A DNA stretch of 57,030 bases, the filler included, from Malassezia furfur (Eukaryota), in assembly GCA_052055015.1 (NCBI GenBank). It is 2 parts of 2 records of this genome, joined end to end, with 100 filler letters (N's around TTAATTAATTAA, not from the genome) between each part and the next. Parts side by side here need not be neighbours in the genome. Positions count along the whole stretch, not along the records: positions 28,636 to 57,030 come from JBQJIT010000111.1; 1 more part is not named here. The stretch is one strand, 5' to 3'. Positions within the stretch are counted from its first letter, which is position 1. Every line of letters begins with the position of its first letter. The notes under the pieces were generated by a model. It was not told where the DNA came from. It searched no databases and worked only from the letters and a program-made list of their open reading frames with translations. The position numbers were made by a program, and so were the translations under genes. Positions 45,066-55,915 of this stretch are shown here, one piece after another.

Positions 45066-45667
45066 TTATTCCGTGGCCGACGCAGACGCCTCCTGGCTCT
45101 CGTCGATCCAGCTTTGCTCCACGGTGAGTTTGACCCGGCGCACGTATTCCTTCATATTTTCGCGGTATAGGGACGCAGCTTCTGCGTTGGCAGGACTAGG
45201 TAAGCCAGAAGTAGCAGTACGTACCTGTTCGGATTCGGATCATGAAGGAGACTTTGGATACTTGTGAGGATCGCTGCGACATCGTATGTCGGGCTCCATC
45301 GGTTTTGGAGGATATCGAGGCACAATTCCCCATTCGCATAAACATTCGGATGGAACATCTTGCTCAAAAATTTCACAGTAGGGGGTTTGTTGGGGTACGA
45401 TTCGTCAAAGGTCAGCAAGAGTTTGAATGTGCCATCCTCGAATGGCGTATCCGCTGTGGTATAAGCGATTGTGCGGCAAAAAACGTACCTGGCCCAAAGA
45501 TTACTGCATTCCATACCAGCAGGTTATCCGCGCAGGGCGCACCGGATATGCCACCCGGCGGATCGGATGAGAGGCGCTTGAAATCACGGATGAGCCTACG
45601 CTTAGATGGTGTCGACTGTTTTCTCGGTTAGCTCTCCATTCCGTTCACTAAAAAGAGCACATACCAT
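45066..45667 (-). CDS. RAD6: Ubiquitin-conjugating enzyme Rad6/Ubc2
   Basis: [41 protein letters not shown]. Introns 45616-45664, 45454-45488, 45196-45224. Confidence 0.96.
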
Positions 45668-46029
45668 CGATACGCGTCAAAAGATAGGTCCGCCCGCTCC
45701 TCAGCTGTCAAGGGATACCCAACGCAGGCCTGTGGCAATCACTTGGTGTGTGGAGACACTTTTGGAGTGGACACATCTGCAGGAAATCGGCCCATCTGAC
45801 ACGTGGCTATAGGCTGCGGAGGGCCACTAGGTGCCCGCCTTGGGGGGTATAACTAGGTGGGTGCTGGCCGCTGGCTCCTGCCACGCAAGACAGGATATGA
45901 TATTTTTTTTTTTTTTTGAATGCAATGAGTAGTTATTGGTATTAGCCGGTACAAAAATGCGTGTCTTGTTTTCGGGTTCACGGTCAAGTTCTAATCTATA
46001 CAGCGAAATAGCCAGCATAAGGTGGTTGA

Positions 46030-46462
46030 TTAGGCCTTCATGGCAGGCTGGGGCTGGAAGCCGCTGTTGCGGTTAATGCGCCAGCCACAAATGCCACACG
46101 TCCAGATATGCTCGGAGCGGAAGGGAATCTGCGTCAGAATCTCATCGCCAATATCAACGTACCAGCGGGACCCAGCAGAGCTCAAACCACGTCCGGCTCT
46201 TTGCCTCAACCACCTGCGCATTGTGGCAGCGGGGGCAAACGTAGGGGGTTCCGTCACCTTCCTGCGAGGTCTTGTCGGGGCACCCGAAGACGATAGGAAT
46301 ACAGAAAAAGAAGTCTCCCTAAAAGAGTTAGCGATTGTTCCTGGGGAAGGCGCATGGACCAGTGTCGCGTGCACAAACCGGATCATGTTTATGATCCATA
46401 TGTCCCAGGCCACCTAGTCCAGCAAATGATGCGAGCAGATCTTGCCCATGAATACATACCAT
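46030..46462 (-). CDS. Small zinc-ribbon protein (zinc_ribbon_15-like, about 85 aa)
   Basis: ATG|intron 46319-46459, intron 46129-46162. Gives MGDFFFCIPIVFGC...VCPRCHNAQV...WFELCWVPLIPF...WTCGICGW with two CxxC knuckles. Confidence 0.8.
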
Positions 46463-46593
46463 ATTGATGCTTTACGTCGCAATAAAGACGATGGCAAGAA
46501 GCGGATCACCAAAAGCCCGTGTGCCTAAGCGCCGCCCAGGGCTACCCCGGCCGACGCCAATGCCGACGCCGAATGCCCGTCTACATCATATGA

Positions 46594-47409
46594 CTAAGCA
46601 TTGCATGGTCCCTGCGCCTCGCTCCAGTAGACTGCCAAGGCTTTCAGCTTGTAGCCAAGCCAGAGCTCCTCGACTTGTACGCCAAAGTGGGCGTTGGGGA
46701 ACATGCTAGTCAGTTGGTCGACTTCATGTAGATCCACATTGCGTGGTAAATAGAATACAATCTTGTCGCAAATGGTCCGTGCCTGGCGAAATAGTTCACG
46801 CCCACCCACGGGACGAAGTAGGGAAAGAGGGTATATATCGGTATATTCTTGGTCCTTTTGCTCCGAAGACAACGCAGGGTTCAGATAGTCCACACCACCC
46901 CATGGTGGAGAAAAGAACACCACGTCAATTTTGCGGCGGTGCCAGCTTTGCCAACGGTCGGTATCTTCTGTGTCACCAGCTCGAGCACGAGCAAAGTCAC
47001 AAAAATCACCACACAGAAAGGTGATGCGGTCTTCAACACCATAGATGGCTGCATTATTCCGAGCCAGTGCAATTTTTAACGGGTCAATATCAATAGCCAC
47101 GACGTGCCCACACGTCATGGCAAACTGGATGGCATTCCCGCCCGCTCCACAGAACGCGTCGAGGATGACCTCGCATGCACATTGGGTTGCGAGACGATAC
47201 GCTACTGCTTCTGGCGTCACTGAAAACCAGGATTCTTCATCCAAAAGGATACCCTCTGAAAAGCGCGAGAAGAGATCATGGCGTGCGTGCCAGTACTTAT
47301 GCATGGATGGAGGAAGATCCTGTTTCCTGCGAATAGCAACTTCTTGCGCTCTTTCTGCCGTTTCAGGATCATCATATAGATCCTCGCATCGTTGTTCCTC
47401 GCCTGGCAT
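46594..47409 (-). CDS. TGS1: Trimethylguanosine synthase
   Basis: KYWHARHDLFSRF, ESWFSVTPE, DAFCGAGGNAIQFA, SPPWGG, YLPRN. Confidence 0.93.
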   Translation of the reverse strand: MPGEEQRCEDLYDDPETAERAQEVAIRRKQDLPPSMHKYWHARHDLFSRFSEGILLDEESWFSVTPEAVAYRLATQCACEVILDAFCGAGGNAIQFAMTCGHVVAIDIDPLKIALARNNAAIYGVEDRITFLCGDFCDFARARAGDTEDTDRWQSWHRRKIDVVFFSPPWGGVDYLNPALSSEQKDQEYTDIYPLSLLRPVGGRELFRQARTICDKIVFYLPRNVDLHEVDQLTSMFPNAHFGVQVEELWLGYKLKALAVYWSEAQGPCNA

Positions 47410-47468
47410 CGTGGAGGACGTTCCTCACGCGGCAGGAAGGAGGGCGTCTCCACATGGTCGTTCAATTT

Positions 47469-48502
47469 CTATTTGACTTTGTAGAGCGCCTGGGCCGTCG
47501 TGCTATGCAACTGGGTGTTGACCTCAGAAAGAGTGTCGGTGACCTAATATGAGCGCAATAGACATACCTTCTGGACCTCTTTGAAGTCATCCGCGGGTCC
47601 TTGCAGTGAGTAACAAGTGGTACGTCCAATCGCTGGCATGGTGCAGAGCAAGAGATCGACACTGGCATGTGTCGCCTCCTCGAGCGAGGGATCAACCAGC
47701 CACTTTTGGTGCACTTTGCCTTGGAACGGGAGGGAAGGGATAGCGGACTGCCATCAGTAGTTTCACGTACGGCTGTACTGCCAGTGACGAGGCCATACAT
47801 CTCGATTCCCGCCTCTGCTAGCGCTGCGCTCGCAGCTGTTGTGGCCAATGCGATGCAGCCAGACACCGACGTGTCCATATCCAACACAGTGATATAGACA
47901 TCAATTGATGCTTTAGGAAGCAAATCCAGCCGGATCGCTGGGAGCAAAGCCTGCTTCACCAAAGCGGCAGAGCCTGGCGACTCGACGTCCTTTCCTGGCT
48001 TGAAACGGTGGACGTCACTGAACGGCGCCATGTTGAAAGCCACGTTCAGCTCCGCCTGGCCAGCATATTGGCGACCACGCACCTGGCGCGGTCCGTGACT
48101 GGAGTGAGTAAAAGTGACCTACACAGCGCATGCGAGTTTGGTGCGTCCGCATTCTAGCAGTGCGCTCCCACTGGCATTGGGAACCAGCCCGGTTTGGACA
48201 TCTTAGGTAAGAAGAGACAACGTACGCATAGGTCGAGCTTCCCTCTCATCACGCCCTTCCCCTCGATCCGCAAAATTTCGTCGGGCAATGCGTGGAATCT
48301 CGAGCTTGTCGTCCCCGACCGTCATGGACGCCCGCTCGAGCCCAATGCTAGCTTTCCATGTCGGGTCAACAAGCAGCCGCTGCTCGTCAAGAGCCCAGAC
48401 TGGCTGATCCGTCGTGATCTCATCACTTGTATTCACATTAAACAGAGGGAGAAACGTTTCATCCGGGCCATTGACCCGCCGGCGATCGTACAAGGCAGTC
48501 AT
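47469..48502 (-). CDS. MTR3: Exosome core RNase PH subunit Mtr3 (EXOSC6)
   Basis: DRRRVNGP N-terminus, TGLVPNASGSALLE, VHGPR, LPKASIDVYITVLD, SAALAEAGIEM. Introns 48202-48225, 48099-48122, 47748-47770, 47544-47567. Confidence 0.82.
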
Positions 48503-48606
48503 GCTGGTCTGACCTAAACCAACCTCGCGACAACCTCCACAAAAAATGTCCAAGTTAAGTACGGAAGGGGGTCGAGTCTACGGTCCAAAGAGAAGGGGAG
48601 GGCTCG

Positions 48607-49711
48607 TTAAAGAGCCAGCATAGTGGCCGCCAGCGTCGTCGCAGCCGCTGCGCCGATCACGGCCGAGGAAATACGGACGGTCGAGGCAGACGACTTGGCA
48701 CTAGACTCGTACACGTACAAGTTGCCGACCGACCAGTAGGCGTCCTGGAAACTCTGGCCAGCCTGACCGACCTGGTTGGCACACGACTGGTACTTGGCCG
48801 GGCATTGCGACACCTGGTCATATGCATTACCTGCCCAGTCACCACACAGCGTGATGTCAAACACAATCTTGTGCGCATCGAACTGGCTCGAGCCGTCGGC
48901 GTTGTTCGAGCACGAGAGTTTTCCGAAGTTGGCCGCGGGCGTACCCCAGTTGTCGGGGTTCACGGAATTGCCTGGCTTCGAAATATCACTGGGCATGTTG
49001 TCCGACTTGTCCCAGAACCACATGCGGATACCCTTGCCATCTGAGCTAAAGTCGCGCTGCATCGCAACAACGGCACCGCCGTTGTTGTTCACCTTGGAGC
49101 CCCAAGTGGCGGTGTCGGTGTTGTTCATCTCAATCCGACAGCCACTGTTGTTGTTGGCTTCGGCGTTACAGTTGGTGAAGACGGTCGTGCCGGTCTGCGG
49201 GTCACCGTTGATCGAGCAGTCATCCTGAACGTGCACAGCCGCCAAGTTCGCAGGGAACTGGTCGTTGACGTTCTCCATGATGTCGATCTCACCACCCACC
49301 GGCCACTGCGACGTGTTGGCCGTCACCGTCCAGAACGCGGGCCACACAGCGCAACCCGTGGGAATGTGCGACACTTGCAAGCTGGGTCAGCAAGAGTTCC
49401 ACTTACACAATCACGGCGTCCTCGTAGTTGGACTGCGACTGGATGCGCACACTGGGGCGCCCCTCCGTGCGCGTCGTTTCAGTGTCCACGCGCATGACAA
49501 AGTTCTTGTTATCATCCACATAGGTGAGGTTGAGCGACTTGGCGTTGTCCTCGCTCTGGTAGGTCACGAGACCGTTGGTGGGATCCTTGTCCGTCCAGAA
49601 GTCAAACTTGTTCATGTAGTCCTCGCCCGAGTAGGTGTCCTTCAGGTTCCACGTAGCCGCGCGGGCGAGCGCAGCGGCGCTCACACCTGCAATGATCGTG
49701 CCCAGCCGCAT
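48607..49711 (-). CDS. GH16 endo-1,3(4)-beta-glucanase, secreted and probably GPI-anchored
   Basis: Signal peptide, DPTNGLVTY, WPAFW, catalytic EIDIME, ITLCGDWAG, hydrophobic C-terminus. Intron 49382-49406. Confidence 0.9.
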
Positions 49712-49861
49712 GAAGGAAGAGTGGAAGTTGCCGGCTGCAGCGCCCCGTCCAGCTCTCGCGCGCCGAGACTTTACGCCAATTTTCCTAATGCTTAGTCATA
49801 CACGCGCGGCGCGGCGGGTCGGAGCGCAAGCGGTGGCGAAGTGTTGTTCTGTTGCGACGCG

Positions 49862-52375
49862 ATGCGTCGGAGCGCGATCGCAGCGGTGCTGAGCGACCGC
49901 TCCAACGAACCCAAAGATGGACAAGGACGTCAGCTGGCCAGTGGCGGGGGATTCGGTCCGCTGCTAGGCCAGAAACCGTTCAAGCCACCGACCGCGGCGC
50001 GACGCGAAGGTGCGCTGCCCTCGCTGCGGAAACGCACGCGCGTCAACTATGCGGGCATGGGCGGCGAAGGCGAGGAGAATACCGATTCGTATCGCCAGCT
50101 TGAAGAGCCACGAAAAAAGAGCTCTCTTGAGGGCGTGTACAAAGGTATTGACGCATCGGGCGTGTCGCTCAACGCCGATCGACGCAAATGGGCCGTGTAC
50201 CAACCGAAACCGGATGCGCTCGGACGCCGGTTCCTGGTGCCCACGATGCACAACCAGCGTGGAGAGACGATTGAGACGCGCATGAGCTACGCGGCACTGG
50301 GCGTGCGCCGCCCCGTCGAAATTCCGCCGCGGCCTTTGCACGACCCCATGGGCGAGCATGCGATTGTGCTCTTTGACCCGACGATTGACGACAAGGATCT
50401 TGAACGGGAGAAGGAGCGCCTGCACTTGGCGCAGCAGGAGCACGAGCGTCAGCTTGAATGCGCGTCGCATGGGCCGCACAAACGCCTCGCGTCGATCCTC
50501 GGCATCGATAAGCCCAAGGTCCAGATCGAGGACAAGGTACCGGTCGTGATTGACCCCCGCCTTGCCAAGATTCTGCGGCCACACCAAGTCGAGGGTGTCA
50601 AGTTCTTGTACCGATGCACCACTGGCATGGTGCAGGAGAACGCGCATGGGTGCATCATGGCCGACGAAATGGGCCTCGGCAAGACACTGCAGTGCATTGC
50701 ACTCATGTGGACGTTGCTGCGGCAGTCGCCGCGCGCGGGTAAGAGCACGATCCAGAAGTGCATTATTGTGTGTCCCTCGAGTTTGGTGCGCAACTGGGCG
50801 AACGAGCTCGGTACGTGTGTACACTGACGCAGTGAAATGGCTGGGAAATGCCGCTCCAGGTGCTCTTGCGCTCGACGGCAAGCTGAGCCGCGAGCAAATG
50901 TTTGAGACCGTGCAGCGGTGGTGCGAGAGCAGCGGGCGCTCCATCTCGCACCCGGTGATGATTGTCTCGTACGAGACGCTCCGCAATCTCCAGGAGCTGT
51001 TGGGCAACACCGAAGTGGGCCTTCTGCTCTGCGACGAGGGGCACCGGCTGAAGAATGCCGACTCGCTTACGTTCCAGTCGCTTGACATGATCAAAGTGAA
51101 GCGGCGTGTGATTCTGTCCGGCACGCCGATTCAGAACGACCTGTCCGAGTACTTTTCGTTGATCAACTTTGCCATCCCTGATGTGCTGGGCAGTCGCGCC
51201 GAGTTCCGCAAGCAGTTTGAGCTACACATTCTGCGGGGCCGCGACGCAGACGCCACCGAGCAGCAGCAGCAGCTCGGCCGCGAAAAGCTGCAGGAGTTGT
51301 CGGGGCTGGTAAGCCAGTTTATTATCCGGCGCACCAACGACATCCTATCCAAGTACCTGCCGGTCAAGTACGAGCATGTGGTGTTCTGCAACCTGTCGCC
51401 CTTCCAACTGTCGCTGTACGACCTGTTTGTCAAGTCGCCCGCGATCAAAAAACTCTTGCGAGGTGTGGGATCGCAGCCACTCAAAGCAATTGGCATTCTC
51501 AAGAAGCTGTGCAATCACCCCGACCTGCTCGACCTTCCCGATGACCTGGAGGGCAGCGAGAAATTGTTCCCAGAGGAATACAAGCCCCGCGATCGCCGCC
51601 ATGTTGCCGTGGAGCTGTCGGGCAAGATGGCGGTGTTGGAGCGCTTCCTCACCACCATCCGCACGACGACCGACGACAAGATTGTGCTAATCAGCAACTA
51701 TACCCAAACACTCGACCTGTTCGAGCGCCTGTGCCGTACTAAGCGCTGGGGCTGCTTCCGATTGGACGGCACGATGAACATCGGCAAACGCCAGCGGCTC
51801 GTCGACCGCTTCAACGACCCAACGTCGCCCGAGTTTATTTTCCTGCTCAGCTCCAAGGCGGGCGGCTGCGGTCTCAATCTAATCGGTGCCAACCGCCTCG
51901 TGCTGTTTGACCCCGACTGGAACCCGGCATCCGACCAGCAGGCACTGGCACGCGTGTGGCGTGACGGACAGAAGAAGTCGTGCTTTGTCTACCGCTTCAT
52001 TGCGACGGGGTCCATCGAGGAGAAGATTCTGCAGCGCCAGTCGCACAAGCAGTCGCTCTCCTCATGCGTCGTCGACGAGGCACTGGATGCGGAGCGCCAC
52101 TTCTCCGGCGAGGACCTGCGCGCCCTGTTCCAGTTCAAGGACCAGACCCCCTGCGACACGCACGACACCTACAAATGTCGACGGTGTCGCGACGGGAAAC
52201 AGCTGAGCCCGGCGCCTGCGATGCTCTATGGCGATACCAGCACGTACGTCCAAACGACTCACCCAGATGGAACCATTATACGCACGAGCACCTTGGCGAA
52301 CTCCACGACGACTTGTTGCGTGCCGAAATTATGCACCCCGACGTCTCGTACGTCTTCCAGTACTGTAGCCACTAG
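49862..52375 (+). CDS. RAD54: DNA repair SNF2-family ATPase Rad54
   Basis: RPLHDP, ADEMGLGKTLQ, CDEGHRLKN, SKAGGCGLNLIGANRL, QALARVWRDGQKK. Introns 50811-50832 and 52244-52266. Confidence 0.96.
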
Positions 52376-52429
52376 ATGAAATCGGGCCCCGATCGCTTCG
52401 CCAGCGCCGTCCGCACGCACTTCCCCGGC

Positions 52430-53915
52430 ATGAGCGATGCGGAGCTGCCGATCGAAACGTTCCTTAAGGCGCAGCCGCGCACTGTGTTGAATCGCTTGTA
52501 TGAGAAGCCTGCAAGTTGCTTGGCCGTGTTCCGGTAGGTGTCGGCCGCGCTCACACACAGCCTGTTGCCGATGGTCGCGCGGCAGATCATTCTCAACATG
52601 CTATTTCTCGATGGGCCGCTTACCGTGGAAGACTGCCTCAAATTCTTCCAGCAGCGCAACACTACGTACGTGCTAGACTAATGCAGCGAGCACCAAATCC
52701 CGCTCGAGCGCATGGAGGGACTGTCGATCGTTAAGCTCCGTGCCGACAAGCTCCACCTGAATGACATCTTTCGCAAGGGCATCGTCGGCGCCTTGAATGG
52801 CAGGTACGCATACACAGCTCACACAGCGGCGACTTTCATTCGTTTGGCACGCCATGCAGCGGCAAAGAACATGAAAGGGTCGGCATCGAGTTCCTTGACT
52901 CGTATGCAAGGACCCAGTGGGAGACGATCCTCTACTTTATGGTGGGCAGCGAGCAATCCACACCGCCGCGGAATACAGTGCTCTTTCTTTTGCAGCGTGC
53001 TGGGCTGATGCAGCGCGATGCGAATGATACAAGGCAGCTGAACATTACATCTGCAGGCTTCCAGTTCCTACTCCAGGATGTCAACTCACAGCTCTGGGCA
53101 CTTCTCCTTCAATACCTGCGCATGGCCGAGGAGCGCAATATGGACCTCGTCGAGGTGCTTGCCTTCTTCTTTACAGTCGGTGGCCTCGAGTTTGGGCGCG
53201 CCTACGAGACACACGGGTTCTCGCTGACCCAAATGCAGACGCTTGAGGAGCTTAGCGACTATGGGCTCGTGTATCGGACGAGCAAATCGGCCAAGTACTT
53301 CTTCCCGACGCGCTTGGCTGCGACACTGACCTCGACGGCGACCACCGCCCTGTCTACCCTTGACGACCAGGAGGAGCAGGGCTACCTTATTCTGGAGACC
53401 AACTATCGCGTTTATGCTTATACCTGTACGCACCAACGTCTGACTCAGCCAATCTCCTACGCATCGCGATTCTCAACCTCTTCGTCACGCTCAAGGAGCG
53501 CCTGCCCAACCTCGTGGTAGGGCAACTGACGCGCGAGAGTGTCAAGTCGGCGCTGAACAAGGGTATCACCGCCAATCAAGTCATCACCTACCTTACCCAT
53601 CATGCCCATCCCCAAATGCACAAAAACGTACGTCACTCGCTCACACAGGACCCGCTGCTGCCCGCCACTGTTTCCGACCAGATTCGGCTCTGGGAGCGCG
53701 AAAAGAACCGCGTGGCTACCTGCGTTGGTACGTCATTTGCTGACCCAGGTAACCTGTATACCGAGTTTACGTCCATCCACGACTATGAGCAAGTCCGCGA
53801 CTATGCCAAAAGCCTGGGCGTACTGCAATGGGAGAGCGAGGCGAAACGCATGCTTTTCGTCACCTCCGAGGGACACGAAAGCGTGCGCGAGTTTATTCAA
53901 CGACGGAGGGTATAA
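52430..53915 (+). CDS. TFB2: TFIIH subunit Tfb2 (p52); alternative upstream in-frame ATG at 52376
   Basis: RLYEKPASCLAVFRLLP, ITSAGFQFLLQD, FFPTRLA, ILETNYRVYAYT, DQIRLWERE. Introns 52534-52560, 52666-52686, 52804-52826, 53426-53448, 53628-53648, 53728-53748. Confidence 0.93.
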
Positions 53916-53956
53916 GCCTACGCAGGCTACGAAAATCAAACAGCTTTATACATAGA

Positions 53957-55915
53957 TTAGGCAGGGGGGAATCCACGGCCGGGCACGACTTTGACGGACC
54001 GGTACGAGTGCGACTGGATCAACGGGCTTCCATTCATCCGCCACTCTCGCCCGGCCCCGCCGCTGCCAAAGTGCCAGGTTTGTTCGCGCCCCAGCAAGGC
54101 AAGGGCCGTTTCGAAGAACCACTCCTCCTTCTTGCAGTAATGGACGACAACTGTGCCTCCCACCTTGTGGTCCCGGTATCTCTGATTCGCCAGTGCATCA
54201 TTAAACGGTGCATAGGTGGCGCCGTATGGGTTCGCGGTCGGAACGTACGACGGATGCCGGGGCGAAGTCATCTCCAGCGAGCAGTTGGGATATAGGGCGA
54301 GTCCGTTTTCGTCCAGCACCTCGACCGCCTCTATTGGCCGCGCCAGGGCACCGCCCGCGGGGTACAAGCGGGGATCGTCGGCCGCAAACACCATGGTGTC
54401 ATGCGAGAACATCCGCTGGGTGTCCTCGTCATCGTCCTGGCGATACCAGGTGGTTGCCCAGCGTCCTCCGCCTTCCACAAGCGCCTCGATGGTCTCTTCT
54501 GCAGAGAGGTCGGGGCGCGGTGGCTTGTACGGCACCTTCCACTGGCTTGTCGTAGAGAAGGATTGGGCAGCATGTGGTCCACCACGGCGCTTCAACTCCT
54601 CGGCACTGAGGCCGCGGAGCATCTCGCCGCGAAGCTCATCCACATGGTCCGGGAACAAGAACCCATGTGCATACGGTGTCCAACTCCGTGGGTGGTCGTA
54701 GATCCAGCAGTTTTCCGCAGCCCATTGCACATCCTGTGCGCGCGGATGCATTTTAATCCACTTGGTCATTTTCGTGTCCTCCTTTCCGCCCCAGTCCTTG
54801 GCGATTTCCTTAGAGCCGGCAAGGTACTGCACCAGGTCATGCGAAAGCGCATACGCTTCGCCCGCCATAAACTGGCCACGAACCAGGTCTGTTGTTAGTC
54901 GAACACCTCATCTGTACGTACAGCCCCAATACAGCATCTTGCGCGGCAAAGCACGCAGGCGGCGCTCCAGCTCGTCCAGCACAATGAAGCTGTCGTCATC
55001 GGCCTTGACAACGTAGTCGGCGAGCTTCCAATGCACGTCGTACTGGCCTTCCAGTGTCGGTGCACCAATGAGCCCGCCTTTCGCGCGCGGGACAAGGATC
55101 GGCACAGTGCCGTTCTCGGCAGCCCAATGGAAGAAGGCGTAGGTTTTGTGACTGTTGCCCGTCTCTTTGGTATCGAGGATGACCAGGTCGTTGTACGTCT
55201 CCATCTCCATCGCAACGCGGTGGGCATACTTCTTGCGCGGGCGGCCAAGCACAAACTTGACTTGCACATTGCCGAGCGGACGGCCCGAACGGGGGTCGCG
55301 CGGCGCTGTCATCGTCGCGTATGTTTGACGGATGGTCTGGCGTCGTTCGAAGGCCTGGTCGTAGCTCATGACGCCAACAAGCACATCCACAGGTGCAAGA
55401 TGCTCAATGTCGGCATGCACAAACGGCCGCTGCTCGGCACAGACGGTGCGCCAGGGCATGCGCTCCTTGTCCGGATCCAGGATGTACTTGATGGTAAGTC
55501 CGGTAAAGACGCCAAAAGCGAGTATGCCAAGCAGGAAAAAGAAGGAAAGAATAGGTCGGCGTTGGATGTAGACTAGCATGTTGCGCATCCAGATCGAGAA
55601 GTACACCAGCGCACGGTGTCGGCGCGTGCGATGGTGCACGTCGTGCGGGTGTGACCGCATTTTGGACATCGAACGAAACGTGCGCGCTTCAAACGTGTCG
55701 TCCTCCTCCGGAATTTGCTCATCCACATACGGGATCTCGGTGGGGTGAGCAGTGGGGTTGTATTGCGGCAGCCATGCGCCCGACTGGGGCATCAAAGGCT
55801 GCTGCGAAGGGTCCATGTCTTTTTTCTGTAAGGAGGAGCGTCGTGCCAGGGAAACACCAAGCCGCGAGCTCGCTCTCCTGTAACGCTCCTGCGCGGCGGG
55901 GCCTGAGGGTGCCAT
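53957..55915 (-). CDS. Glycosyltransferase family 31 (type II membrane protein)
   Basis: TM segment, ERRQTIRQTY, VKFVLG, VVKADDDSFI (DxD), FMAGEAYALSHDLV, GKED. Intron 54889-54921. Confidence 0.85.

Noticed and set aside
45880..46020. AT-richer patch as a centromere or origin
   Set aside because: Far too short and only mildly AT-rich; consistent with terminator or promoter DNA.
46319..46459. TPP riboswitch or C/D snoRNA in the long intron
   Set aside because: No CUGAGA/AUACC core and no C (UGAUGA) or D (CUGA) box pair on the transcribed strand.
598..54921. Apparent frameshifts or pseudogenes in TYR1, ALG14, MUS81, RAD54, TFB2 and others
   Set aside because: Each break coincides with GT...CTNAY...AG and is repaired by removing a micro-intron.
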